Below, one piece after another: positions 8,663 through 18,186 of a DNA stretch of 64,000 nucleotides. The position numbers and the translations under genes were made by a program. The notes beneath the pieces are model-generated. The model ran no database searches. It was not told the origin of the DNA and worked only from the letters and a program-made list of their open reading frames with translations. The stretch lies in IMG/VR virus record IMGVR_UViG_3300046096_000178; one strand, given 5' to 3'. The stretch is from an uncultured virus (IMG/VR IMGVR_UViG_3300046096_000178) (lineage: Duplodnaviria > Heunggongvirae > Uroviricota > Caudoviricetes). Position 1 is the stretch's first letter; each line of letters opens with the position of its first letter.

Positions 8663-11600
8663 ATGGCCAACTTCACGATAACCAGCGCACAGGTCATTAC
8701 TGAGCTGACAGGCAAAGCAGGTTCGGACTCGTACTTCATTAACGGTGGCTCGCTGGTCATTGACTGCGACTCCCGGTACGGCCCCAACCAATCCCCCACT
8801 TCAGGCCCCCTAGGCAACGTGCAGGTCTCGACAACCTTGGGAGGCCTCTTCAAACTTGACGGCTCTAAGGTTCGCCTAATCCCCTTTACCGGAGGGGCCG
8901 GCAATGTCCCCGCGCCGGGGTCTCAAATCAGCCAAGGCACAGCCACTGCAGAGTTGCTGTGCGTTATGTCCTCCAAGATGGGCGGCTCAACCTACACCGC
9001 AGGCATGCCCGGTACGGGGTGGCTGAAGGTTCGTGTCACTGCGGGCGCCTTCGCTGCAGGCAGGTTGGCGGGCATTGATGCTGTAGCCTCCTCACCGGAC
9101 GAGACCGGATGGATGGTAGTTGTCGGGGTTGAAGACAAATCCTTTGTAGTCCCACGGCTCGGCCAGATGGTGGTCGATGGTAGGTGGTTTTCCGTAGGCT
9201 CCACGTCAGGCCTGAGAGGCCAGAATCTGAATCTCCCCCACTTCTCCGCCGACAACTCCACGTTTTACCCTGGAGTAGAGGTTGAGACCGCACCCGGCTC
9301 AGGAATTTACGACTTTTGGGCCAATGTAGGGGTCAAGTTTAAGGGCTCTACCGTATCTACCGACTCTCGTAGTCGTTTTGTGCATATCAGCACCAACGGG
9401 GTAGTCACACTTGGCCGTGGGCTGGACAACGCCAACGCCGGACTCCTGCCGCCTGCAGGGTGTGCAGTGCGAATCCCCAACATCATCCTGCAGAACTGTG
9501 GCTCCAGCCGAAGCAACAACTCTGTGCATGACACACTGAACAGCCGCTACGAGGCATCTTTTGGGGGAGGCGGAACCTTGGCCCACTCCATCAGCACCGG
9601 TGCATGGTACTGGAACGTCGGGCAAGCTTGGAGTATGGACGCTACTGACCTGCACTCGTGCGACCAAGTTTGCATCAGCCGTATCACGCAGGCCCCAAAC
9701 CTTGACCGTATTCACGTAGGCTTGAGCACTCGCCCCAACTTCACGGCGGCCAGCGCCCTGCTGATTCAGCAGTGCCGAAATGGCGGTACCGTAGGCTCTG
9801 TCAGCGGTGTGCGAGCCGAGGGTACCAGCAACAGTGGCTACGCTGTAACCATGCAAAACCTGTACGGTGGGTGGGAAGTGGCTAAAGTTCGCGCAGTCTA
9901 CGCCAGCGACTGCACCGCCGTCAGCGGGTCACTATTTCTGAACACCAACGACGACCTGACTATCAGCAAGGCTGAAGTTGTCGGTAAGCGCCTGCTCAAG
10001 TATGCCTGCAAACGGGTCACGGTAGAGCACTTGGTCTATGCTGACAACGTGAAGGCCACCACCGGAACCTTGGCAGCCTGCTGCGCGGTAGAGGCGCTCA
10101 ACCAATCCATAGACTGCAGAGTGTTGCGTGTAGACAACTGGCCTGACGCACCGGTGACAGGCCCCTACAACGGAGTCGTGTACGCCAACACCACCGAGAA
10201 CCTAATAGTGCGCGGTGTAGGTAGCCAACAAACCCCATTCTCCGGCGGAGGCTTCACTGGCTCCCTGTTTGCCGACGGTGGCAACAACACCAAGCCTAAG
10301 TTTCAACGGTGCTGGTTGACCGGCCTGCGCTCAGGACTCAACCAAGGCAACGCCTCCACGACTGGGCTCGTGATGGAGAATTGCTACCACACTGACGCCA
10401 GCAAGACTCAAACAGTCTCACAGTCCGAGGCTACATCTCGCGGTAACCGCCACAACAGCGGCACACTCTCCACAAACTACACTGGCACCACAGGCACGGC
10501 GTTTATGGACGCGTTTACAGGCGACACGACAGCCCGAGTGTCGCTTGTGATGACCGAACCGCTGACCAGCGACGGCGTTATGCAGGTCTTGGCCGGCACA
10601 CCTAAGTTCAGCGGTACCGGGGCCATCGTGATGCAAAAAGGCGACATCGCTACGTGGACCATGCCCTATTTCGTGCTCGGCTGGACAAACCTCACAGCCA
10701 TGAATGTGAGCGCCGTGAACCTGACCCTGCACTCTGTGAGTTACGACATCGACAAGGGTGTAGGCTTCAGTGGTGTGTTCAGAGTGCTAAGCAACACAAA
10801 CCTGGCAGCAGAGGGCGGCCTCGACCCAGCCATAGGCTTCAAGTTGCGGGTGAAGGTTGAGTGTACCGCCTCGAACTACAGCAACGCACTCTCGAACATC
10901 ACCGTCACAGGTGTCACTTCGGTGACACTGCAGAACGCAGCCTTGTACCCAATGGACGTGCCGATGGCGACCATGCACATCGAAGGCCTCAAGTTTGGTA
11001 GCAACATCACGGTGACTTTGGACGGCGAGCAAGTATTCGCCGGGGCATGTGTTACGGCTACGGCTGACCTCACATACCGCCACCGGCCAAGTGCGACCAA
11101 TTGCACAGTAGTGGTGTCCAAGCCAGGCTACCACGAGGAAGTGCTAACCTTGGTAAACGCCCAGAGAATCTCCATCCCGGTGTGCCAGCAAGAGCTTGGC
11201 GCTCCAGTCGTCGTAGGCGGGCCTTCCAGCGAAGTTTCAGATATAGCCGCCGCCGTGCAGGCCATTCTGCTGGATGACTTCTCCGCTTTGGATGCTCGTC
11301 TGTCCAACCAAATGCACGACGCTTACGACCCCAACCAAGAGTGGTTCGTTATCACTAAAGACGGCCAACACCTCCTTGGCGTCACAACCCAGAACCCCTA
11401 CGTTATGGGGCTGCCAGAAGGGACAGGCATCGCAGAGTTCACCGGACAGATACCTGACTTAAACTTCAGTACATGGGACTTCGGTGCTGATATGTTCAGA
11501 AGCTCTCTCACTCCCCGCCTGAACTTCATATCTAGATTCACCATAGCGGAGTTGACCCTTATGCGGGCCAGCACTGACCCTGTAGTGAAGGATATTCTGG

Positions 11601-11719
11601 AACGCTTTGACGCAAAGAGCTACGTGAATCTTCAAGAGCAGCTTACAATCGACTCTGTGAACCACCTAGCGAGTTCCGGGCTGATTGCCCCAGAGCGAGC
11701 GTATGAGATACTTGCATAA
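8663..11719 (+). CDS. Large putative fibre/adhesin (~1018 aa), beta-helix-like centre, C-terminal chaperone-like domain
   Basis: Likely start ATG 8663 (MANFTIT); Asn/Gly/Ser-rich beta repeats; C-terminal RFT.AE...DP.V...YVNL...GLI..ERA.EILA. Confidence 0.65.
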   Translation: MANFTITSAQVITELTGKAGSDSYFINGGSLVIDCDSRYGPNQSPTSGPLGNVQVSTTLGGLFKLDGSKVRLIPFTGGAGNVPAPGSQISQGTATAELLCVMSSKMGGSTYTAGMPGTGWLKVRVTAGAFAAGRLAGIDAVASSPDETGWMVVVGVEDKSFVVPRLGQMVVDGRWFSVGSTSGLRGQNLNLPHFSADNSTFYPGVEVETAPGSGIYDFWANVGVKFKGSTVSTDSRSRFVHISTNGVVTLGRGLDNANAGLLPPAGCAVRIPNIILQNCGSSRSNNSVHDTLNSRYEASFGGGGTLAHSISTGAWYWNVGQAWSMDATDLHSCDQVCISRITQAPNLDRIHVGLSTRPNFTAASALLIQQCRNGGTVGSVSGVRAEGTSNSGYAVTMQNLYGGWEVAKVRAVYASDCTAVSGSLFLNTNDDLTISKAEVVGKRLLKYACKRVTVEHLVYADNVKATTGTLAACCAVEALNQSIDCRVLRVDNWPDAPVTGPYNGVVYANTTENLIVRGVGSQQTPFSGGGFTGSLFADGGNNTKPKFQRCWLTGLRSGLNQGNASTTGLVMENCYHTDASKTQTVSQSEATSRGNRHNSGTLSTNYTGTTGTAFMDAFTGDTTARVSLVMTEPLTSDGVMQVLAGTPKFSGTGAIVMQKGDIATWTMPYFVLGWTNLTAMNVSAVNLTLHSVSYDIDKGVGFSGVFRVLSNTNLAAEGGLDPAIGFKLRVKVECTASNYSNALSNITVTGVTSVTLQNAALYPMDVPMATMHIEGLKFGSNITVTLDGEQVFAGACVTATADLTYRHRPSATNCTVVVSKPGYHEEVLTLVNAQRISIPVCQQELGAPVVVGGPSSEVSDIAAAVQAILLDDFSALDARLSNQMHDAYDPNQEWFVITKDGQHLLGVTTQNPYVMGLPEGTGIAEFTGQIPDLNFSTWDFGADMFRSSLTPRLNFISRFTIAELTLMRASTDPVVKDILERFDAKSYVNLQEQLTIDSVNHLASSGLIAPERAYEILA

Positions 11720-13509
11720 TGGCCGCCGCAGCATACACCACCGACCTCACTGTCCTATCCTTAGCTCAGACCACCACAGGTTGGTCTGAGCCGGGTACGT
11801 GGACTTCGGGTGGCCTGCCTGCGGCTGAGACCGATTACTTCATTAACGGCGCAGCCTGCGTATCCAAGACCTTCAACTCGGTAAGCCTTGGAGGTTTAGT
11901 CTACACTGCGGGCGCAGGTGTCACTATCCCTACCGACGGCGCGTTCCTTTGCTGGCAATATTTTGCCGCACCCAATGCGTTGAACACCTTGGCCAACGGA
12001 GGTATTCGGCTGATTGTGGGCAGCAGCACGGCTGCCTTCAAGTCATGGTTCTTGGGTGGAAGCAACACGTACCAGTACGGCGGCTGGCAAAACCTTGCTG
12101 TAGACCCTTCACTCACTGCCGACGCTACTGTGGGGACACCTACAGCGACCCTGCTCACCTTTGGCTGGGCCGCTAACAACAACAACGCTGTTGCCAAGGG
12201 TAACCCGTTTGCTGCCGGCGCTCTGCGGTACGGACGCTGCGAGTCTCGTATGAATGGGGGAGACCTTGCCAACGGTTACGCAACATTCGCAGGTTATGCA
12301 GCACAGAACGATGCGGTGGCCAACCGTTGGGGCCTGATTCAGGCTGTAGACGGGGGCTACCTTTGGCAGGGGTTGATGGTCCTGGGCCATACCTCTGCAG
12401 TGGACTTTCGTGATAGTAACACTCAGGTCTTGGTGGCCAATACTACAAAGGTCAGCAATAACTTCAACCGAATCGAGATTCGCAACGCCGCCAGTCGGGT
12501 AGACTGGACCGGCGCATCCTTTCTGGCCTTGGGCACAGTATCACTTGGACGCCTACAAGTAGTGGACAACGCCGTAGTTAATATTGACGCCTGCTCTTTT
12601 ACAGGCATGGATTCCTTTGCGTTTTTATCTGCCAGCACCTTGAGCGACTCTACGTTTCGGCGCTGCGGCATCGTGACACTGGGCGGTGCGGCCTTCGACG
12701 GTTGCACGTTTGACCGGGCCACGGGCACCACTGCGGTGACGGGCACCCCAGCCCAATGCGAGTTGGTCACCAACGCCAGTTTTGTGAGCGACGGCACAGG
12801 TTACGCCATGACTGTGACAGGCACGGCAGCCAATATGACGCTCACCAACGTGGGGTTTTCAGGCTACGCCTCTGTCAGCGGTTCTACAGGCAACGAGGCC
12901 ATATTTGTCAACATCGCCACAGGTTCCATGAATCTGACCATCACCGGCGGAGCAGTTCCAAGTGTTCGCACCGCAGGCGCTGTTGTTACGGTTATCTCCG
13001 GGGCCGTGAACGTGACGGTGACTGCTGTGACCGCTGACGGAGCAGCGGCTGCCTCGGCAAACGTACTTCTGAAAGCTGCAGCCGGCGGACCGTTCCCGTC
13101 AGGTGTGACTGTCACTATCGTCAACAGCGGCACTACTGCGACGGTCACGCACACAGGGCACGGCTTGGCTACAAACGACAAAATTGGTATCGAAGATGCC
13201 AGCCTTCCTGCCAACAATGGGGTCTTTGGTATCACTGTGACAGGGGCCAACAATTACACATATACTATGGCCAGCGCCCCCGGAAGCAGCCCGACTGGCA
13301 CCATCAAGGCTACCTTCGTTCTGCTCAAAGGGTTGACCAATGGGTCTGGTCAAATCAGTATGAGCCGAGTATTCCCTAGCAACCAACCAATCACTGGCTG
13401 GGTGCGAAAGTCCTCTACCCAGCCTTATTACAAGACTGGGCTCATTTCTGGCTCTGTGTCCAGTGCGTCAGGCGCTGCGTTCACTGGCCTACTTCTGACG
13501 GACCAATAA
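11719..13509 (+). CDS. Putative virion accessory beta-rich protein (596 aa)
   Basis: TAATG-coupled to the upstream gene; beta-helix-like D.C.F repeats; TATVTHTGHGL.T.D domain seen in phage structural proteins. Confidence 0.6.
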   Translation: MAAAAYTTDLTVLSLAQTTTGWSEPGTWTSGGLPAAETDYFINGAACVSKTFNSVSLGGLVYTAGAGVTIPTDGAFLCWQYFAAPNALNTLANGGIRLIVGSSTAAFKSWFLGGSNTYQYGGWQNLAVDPSLTADATVGTPTATLLTFGWAANNNNAVAKGNPFAAGALRYGRCESRMNGGDLANGYATFAGYAAQNDAVANRWGLIQAVDGGYLWQGLMVLGHTSAVDFRDSNTQVLVANTTKVSNNFNRIEIRNAASRVDWTGASFLALGTVSLGRLQVVDNAVVNIDACSFTGMDSFAFLSASTLSDSTFRRCGIVTLGGAAFDGCTFDRATGTTAVTGTPAQCELVTNASFVSDGTGYAMTVTGTAANMTLTNVGFSGYASVSGSTGNEAIFVNIATGSMNLTITGGAVPSVRTAGAVVTVISGAVNVTVTAVTADGAAAASANVLLKAAAGGPFPSGVTVTIVNSGTTATVTHTGHGLATNDKIGIEDASLPANNGVFGITVTGANNYTYTMASAPGSSPTGTIKATFVLLKGLTNGSGQISMSRVFPSNQPITGWVRKSSTQPYYKTGLISGSVSSASGAAFTGLLLTDQ

Positions 13510-13601
13510 CATGGCAATATGGACTATGATCATGCTGTTCAACGGGGTTGCCCTGCTGCACCTGTGCGACCTGCTAAGCCGTCCTGATGAGGAAAAATTT
13601 T

Positions 13602-13799
13602 ATGAGTGACCTGTACCAAAGAAACTTCGAGGCTGTAGCGCAGAAATTGCGGGAGATGGACTCTCGACTGTGTGACCAAGACGTGAAGATTCGCTCCTTG
13701 AGCGGTCAAGTGTCTGACCTGTCACTATCCCTACAAAACCTGCAACAGCAGGTAATGATAGCCCGTGCCATGGCTACAGGGCGAGGCCCTAGCACCTAA
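13602..13799 (+). CDS. Small coiled-coil protein
   Basis: GAGG RBS before ATG 13602; heptad Leu pattern. Confidence 0.55.
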   Translation: MSDLYQRNFEAVAQKLREMDSRLCDQDVKIRSLSGQVSDLSLSLQNLQQQVMIARAMATGRGPST

Positions 13800-13801
13800 C
13801 C

Positions 13802-14404
13802 ATGGCCGTCAGCATCAACTACCTCACTAAAGTCATAAACGTCCCGAAACCGTTTATGACTTTAGTTACGCCTACTCTATACGAGTTGGACGTAAACGCC
13901 TTGAGGCTTGCACTCAAGGACCTTGAGGACGACCCTGACGGTATGTTTGCAGTAGATACTCACCGCCACAACACAGCGGTGAGTCTTTCCGGCGTTACGT
14001 ATGCCCGGATTTTTGAAGTGATAAATGGATACACAGTTGAGTTTGAGGATGGGCAGTACGCGGTCAAATGTGTAGGGGCCAACCACAACTTGGCAGACGT
14101 TAAAGTCCTGAACCAAGTCAGCCTGATTATCGGAAATTCCGCAGGCTTGGTGGAAGTCGGTACAGGCGGCAGCGGCTCGTCACCTACAGCAGCCCAAGTA
14201 GCTTCTGCTGTATGGTCTCAAGCACTTGAAGGCCTGACCGCCGAGGAGATGATGCGTATCATGCTCGCAGCCTTGGCTGGCAAGCGCCAAGGCTTAGGCA
14301 CACCGACAGAAGAGTACATGGCCCAAGACGGCCTGACTCCACGAGTGACCTTGGTAGCCGACACAGCAGGCAATGGAACCCCGGTCCTGAACGGGGCACC
14401 GTAA
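13802..14404 (+). CDS. Putative virion accessory protein (200 aa)
   Basis: N-terminus resembles that of 5665..7362; C-terminal PTAAQVASAVW...TAEEMMRIMLAALAGK. Confidence 0.6.
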   Translation: MAVSINYLTKVINVPKPFMTLVTPTLYELDVNALRLALKDLEDDPDGMFAVDTHRHNTAVSLSGVTYARIFEVINGYTVEFEDGQYAVKCVGANHNLADVKVLNQVSLIIGNSAGLVEVGTGGSGSSPTAAQVASAVWSQALEGLTAEEMMRIMLAALAGKRQGLGTPTEEYMAQDGLTPRVTLVADTAGNGTPVLNGAP

Positions 14405-14796
14405 TGTTTAAGGGCTCGCTCTACAAGAGTGCCCTGTACGCCGGTCTGCTGTTCGGGGCCGTAATTGCCATCGAGCTTCCGAAGCCGGTAGCGGATTATC
14501 AGTTTCGGCCTGCAAAACTTGGGCAGAAAGTCACCCTCAAGGCCTACCACAAATTAGGCAGTACGGCGTATGACGCAAGACTCGCCGAGCTTTTAGCCAA
14601 AAGCGCAACCGTCCAAGTCGTTACAGGGGCGGAATTCACTGCCAACTTCGGGAAGCTTGGGGCTAATACCGCCTCCAAAGTTGCTCTCATTCCTGTAGAC
14701 TCACTACTTAAACGTGGCCGCTTGGCCGCTGAGGGCTATAAAGACATTTCTGATGAGGAATTGGTAGCCCTACTCATGGAGATACTTGATGTTTGA
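14404..14796 (+). CDS. Last accessory-block protein with acidic DEEL..LLM C-terminus
   Basis: TAATG-coupled; ends ISDEELVALLMEILDV, like 59140..60123. Confidence 0.6.
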   Translation: MFKGSLYKSALYAGLLFGAVIAIELPKPVADYQFRPAKLGQKVTLKAYHKLGSTAYDARLAELLAKSATVQVVTGAEFTANFGKLGANTASKVALIPVDSLLKRGRLAAEGYKDISDEELVALLMEILDV

Positions 14797-16129
14797 AAAC
14801 GTATGGTTAGGCACACAGACTTCTTACGAAGTCTTCGAGGCCGCTAAAAAAGAGCCCAAAGTTGACTCTTACGGTCTGCCTTCCATGGTGGACGTGCAAG
14901 ACGGTGTGGCCGTGATTACGATTCAGGGCAGCCTCGTCTCTGGCTCTTCCGGCTACATGCGCATGTTCGGTGTAGTAGGCTACGCTGACATTCAGGACGC
15001 TCTCCTGCAAGCGGTGTCGGACAAGTCGGCCAAGAGCATCCTGCTGAATATTGACTCGGGCGGCGGCGCAGTGGCAGGTGTCAACGACGCCGGCAAGCTA
15101 GTCGCTGAAGTGAACAAAGTGAAGCCTGTGGTGACCTACACCGGAGGCATGATGGCTTCCGCAGCCTTGTGGCTAGGCTCCAGCGCCAGCAAGATGTACG
15201 CCAGCGAGACAGCCATCACAGGCTCTCTCGGAGTTCTAATGGTACACGCCAGCCGGGCTCGTCAACTTGAGAATGACGGCATAAAGGTCACCGTGATTCG
15301 TGCCGGCAAGGACAAGGCCCTTATGAATCCTTACGAGGACTTGACCGACAAGGCCATGGAAGACGCCCAGTCCAAAGCAGACGCTCTGTATGACGTATTT
15401 CTGTCCCATGTGGCCGACAGCCGAGGCATGAGCCTGACAGCCGCTGACGCAGCATTCGGTCAAGGCCGCGAATTTGTAGGTAAGCAAGCGGTCAAAGCAG
15501 GCCTCATAGACGAGGTGGGCTCACTCACCGACGCCTTCATGTATGCCAAGTCCTTGCAATCTTCTGCCAATAAGCCCGCAGTTCGCACTAAGGGTGAGGC
15601 TACGGCTGAAGTACAGGACGATAATCAGGCGCAAGAAGGAGCAACTATGCCTAAACCGATTACCCCAGAATACTTAGCAGCACTGGCTGCAGGTATTGAC
15701 CTAGAAGCTGTCGCAGAACCTGCGGCAGTCGCCGCCGTTGAAGCCCCAGCACCTGTTGCCGTGGTGGAGCCGACTATTGAGAGCTTGCAAGCAGAACTCG
15801 CTTCTGCCAAAGTAGCGGCTGACGCTGCCGTGGCTGAGGCTTCGACTCTTAAAGCTCAAGTGGAAGCACTAGAAGCGTCTCAAGGTGGACTTCTGGCTTT
15901 TGCTCGCAACAGTATCAAGGCGATGAGCGTACCTCTGAACATTGAAGCCGCTGCAGTGGCTGACTCCGAAGTCTTGGCTGAGCACAGCCGAGTTAGCGAG
16001 TTGTTCAAATCCAAATTTAAGGTGGGTGGTGTTACCGCAGCCAAACCAGAAGATGCCCCGGCTAAACCCGTAGCAGCGCTGGTGAACCCATTGTTTGTGC
16101 ATGCGGTGAAATCTTCTCAATCAAAGTAA
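14789..16129 (+). CDS. Prohead protease, S49/ClpP-like (lambda C-like), fused to scaffold
   Basis: LNIDSGGG, MASAALWLGS, TGSLGV, AGLIDEVG motifs. Confidence 0.92.
   Translation: MFENVWLGTQTSYEVFEAAKKEPKVDSYGLPSMVDVQDGVAVITIQGSLVSGSSGYMRMFGVVGYADIQDALLQAVSDKSAKSILLNIDSGGGAVAGVNDAGKLVAEVNKVKPVVTYTGGMMASAALWLGSSASKMYASETAITGSLGVLMVHASRARQLENDGIKVTVIRAGKDKALMNPYEDLTDKAMEDAQSKADALYDVFLSHVADSRGMSLTAADAAFGQGREFVGKQAVKAGLIDEVGSLTDAFMYAKSLQSSANKPAVRTKGEATAEVQDDNQAQEGATMPKPITPEYLAALAAGIDLEAVAEPAAVAAVEAPAPVAVVEPTIESLQAELASAKVAADAAVAEASTLKAQVEALEASQGGLLAFARNSIKAMSVPLNIEAAAVADSEVLAEHSRVSELFKSKFKVGGVTAAKPEDAPAKPVAALVNPLFVHAVKSSQSK
15647..16129 (+). CDS. Nested scaffold protein (Nu3-like internal start)
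   Basis: In-frame ATG preceded by GAAGGAG; Ala/Pro-rich then coiled coil. Confidence 0.6.
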   Translation: MPKPITPEYLAALAAGIDLEAVAEPAAVAAVEAPAPVAVVEPTIESLQAELASAKVAADAAVAEASTLKAQVEALEASQGGLLAFARNSIKAMSVPLNIEAAAVADSEVLAEHSRVSELFKSKFKVGGVTAAKPEDAPAKPVAALVNPLFVHAVKSSQSK

Positions 16130-16142
16130 AGGAACCTGAATC

Positions 16143-16619
16143 ATGGCCCTCGACCATTTCATTTCCCCTACCGTACCTGAAGCACCAGCTATGGCTGTCC
16201 GCTTGGGTGCTGGCTCAGGGACTAGCAACCAAGTAGACACCAAAGAGCAAGGCAAAATTGTCAAGCTCGCAGGTGAGTCCCGTTATGACCTGGCTGTGGC
16301 CGGCGATGACATTGAAGCCATCATCTACGCTGTAGAGCTGGCACCACAAAACGGTTTCAGCATTGGCTCCGTGTATTGCGAAGGCCGCGCTCGCGTAGTC
16401 TTTGATGGCCTGCAAGCCACCCCCGGTACCGGCGTTGTTGCTGTAGGCGACTACGTTGTTGCTGGTAGCGTTACCGCTAAAGGCACCGCCCTCACCTCTT
16501 ACCCCAAAGTCTGCAAAGCAACTTCTCAGGGTACACAAAAGAGCTTGTGGCGTGTTGTGAGCTTGGGTGCTGTTGGCACTGGAGCAGTCGGCACTGTGGG
16601 CGTTATTGCTCGCGTCTAA
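16143..16619 (+). CDS. Head decoration/cement protein
   Basis: 158-aa Gly/Val-rich beta protein between protease and capsid; AAGGA RBS. Confidence 0.65.
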   Translation: MALDHFISPTVPEAPAMAVRLGAGSGTSNQVDTKEQGKIVKLAGESRYDLAVAGDDIEAIIYAVELAPQNGFSIGSVYCEGRARVVFDGLQATPGTGVVAVGDYVVAGSVTAKGTALTSYPKVCKATSQGTQKSLWRVVSLGAVGTGAVGTVGVIARV

Positions 16620-16643
16620 ACCATTTTTCAAGGAATCAAAATC

Positions 16644-17855
16644 ATGCAAGTTGCATACATCGACCGCTCTGGCGGTACACAACAATGGGAGCCCAGCGCA
16701 GAAGAGCTGGTAGCGATGGTTAAATCTGGCGACCCAGTTGCTGAAATCAACCGCAAGTTTGCTGACGCAGACCTGTCTGTTGGCACCGCTTTTGACCAGT
16801 TTAAGGCCTCCACAGGCTTGGTTCGTCCCGGCAAGAACAACCCATTCGGCTTCCGCGCCACCAAGATTGGTGCTCTCTTGGATGGTTCGGCTGCCGGAAG
16901 CTTCTCCGCTAACACTCAGCAGAACTCTGGCACTTTCGGCACTGCTTCCCGTGCTTTCGTGAATATCGCTGTTATCAGCGAAATCACGAGCGAGATGCAA
17001 AAGGACCGTGAAACCGATTCTGGTGTGTTTGAGCAAATGATTGCCAACAACATCAGCGTTGACTCGGAGCATTTTGAACAGCCAGTGGTGGACTACAAGA
17101 CAGTTGGTGGCCCAGAGGAGGCTAAGGCAACTCGTGTTGCTCAAGGCGCTGAGCCGTCAAAGATGCTGTTCTTCAAGACCAGCGACCGTATCCGTCGCAT
17201 TGGCGCTTGGAACATCGGAATGCAATGGACCGATCAGGCCCTGCGCAATACGAACATAGATTATGTCACTCGTACCGTGGCTCACTACCTGCAAGTTGAG
17301 CGTGACGAGCGCGTCTACCGCTACATCAACGCTCTGTACAACGGAGACGGTGACTTGAACGTAGGTGCAGTTGCTGCAGTGACTTCTACATCCTTGGATG
17401 CAGCAGCTACAGGTGGCGTTCTGACTCACAAAGCTTTTGTTAAGTTCTTGGCTCGCCAGCGCAAGTACCGTAAGATTACGCACCTTGTTTGCGACCTCGA
17501 CACGTATTTGAAAATTGAAGGCCGCACTGGTCGTCCAGGTTCAAATAGCTATGACCCAACACTGACTCGCGTAGACCCACAAGCAGGCTTGATTAACGTA
17601 GGCTTCGGCAATGACGTTCGCATCTTCTTGGTTGACTCTGCTGCTGATGGTGGACCGGTGCCTGCTAACACCATCTATGCTTTAGATGCGTCCGTAGGTA
17701 TCTCTCGTGTTACCAATACGGCTGCTGCTTACAGCGCTGTAGAGGAGTACGCCATGAAACGCTCGACAGCTATGCGCCTTGACTGGGCTGAGGAAGTATT
17801 CCGCAGCTTGGGCGACAGCGACCTGCGCCCCTTTGATGTGCTGACAATCAGCTAA
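16644..17855 (+). CDS. Major capsid protein (module A)
   Basis: 403 aa, canonical position, strong RBS, followed by a hairpin. Confidence 0.8.
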   Translation: MQVAYIDRSGGTQQWEPSAEELVAMVKSGDPVAEINRKFADADLSVGTAFDQFKASTGLVRPGKNNPFGFRATKIGALLDGSAAGSFSANTQQNSGTFGTASRAFVNIAVISEITSEMQKDRETDSGVFEQMIANNISVDSEHFEQPVVDYKTVGGPEEAKATRVAQGAEPSKMLFFKTSDRIRRIGAWNIGMQWTDQALRNTNIDYVTRTVAHYLQVERDERVYRYINALYNGDGDLNVGAVAAVTSTSLDAAATGGVLTHKAFVKFLARQRKYRKITHLVCDLDTYLKIEGRTGRPGSNSYDPTLTRVDPQAGLINVGFGNDVRIFLVDSAADGGPVPANTIYALDASVGISRVTNTAAAYSAVEEYAMKRSTAMRLDWAEEVFRSLGDSDLRPFDVLTIS

Positions 17856-17865
17856 TAAAAAAGAA

Positions 17866-17887
17866 CAGGGAGGCGAAAGCCTCCCTG
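17866..17887. terminator. GNRA hairpin after the capsid gene
   Basis: CAGGGAGGC-GAAA-GCCTCCCTG; weak U-tract on the + strand. Confidence 0.6.
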
Positions 17888-17894
17888 AATACTT

Positions 17895-18098
17895 ATGGAA
17901 AAACAACAAATCCACGACAAGACAGGCATCTGGCTAATTAACACTGCAGTTTTCCCGTTCGTGTGCCCCGAAAGCGGTTGCCGCTTTGAGCCACGAGTGC
18001 CCACCAAGGCCAAGGAGACTGACTGGATCAAGGGCCAGCCCGTGATTCAGCGATGGGCGGACCCCGATGAGAGTAAGCCCGCAGGGGCAAAGAAGTAA
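17895..18098 (+). CDS. Small hypothetical head-region protein
   Basis: 67-aa ORF between two hairpins. Confidence 0.6.
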   Translation: MEKQQIHDKTGIWLINTAVFPFVCPESGCRFEPRVPTKAKETDWIKGQPVIQRWADPDESKPAGAKK

Positions 18099-18122
18099 AA
18101 ATGGCCCGTTAGGGCCATTTTT
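18097..18122. terminator. Bidirectional-type intrinsic terminator
   Basis: AAAAATGGCCC-GTTA-GGGCCATTTTT. Confidence 0.75.
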
Positions 18123-18186
18123 ACTTCTGCTGCCATCTTCCACCACCTAAGCACCCAAAACCCCAGACCCCAGCCATAATTCACCC

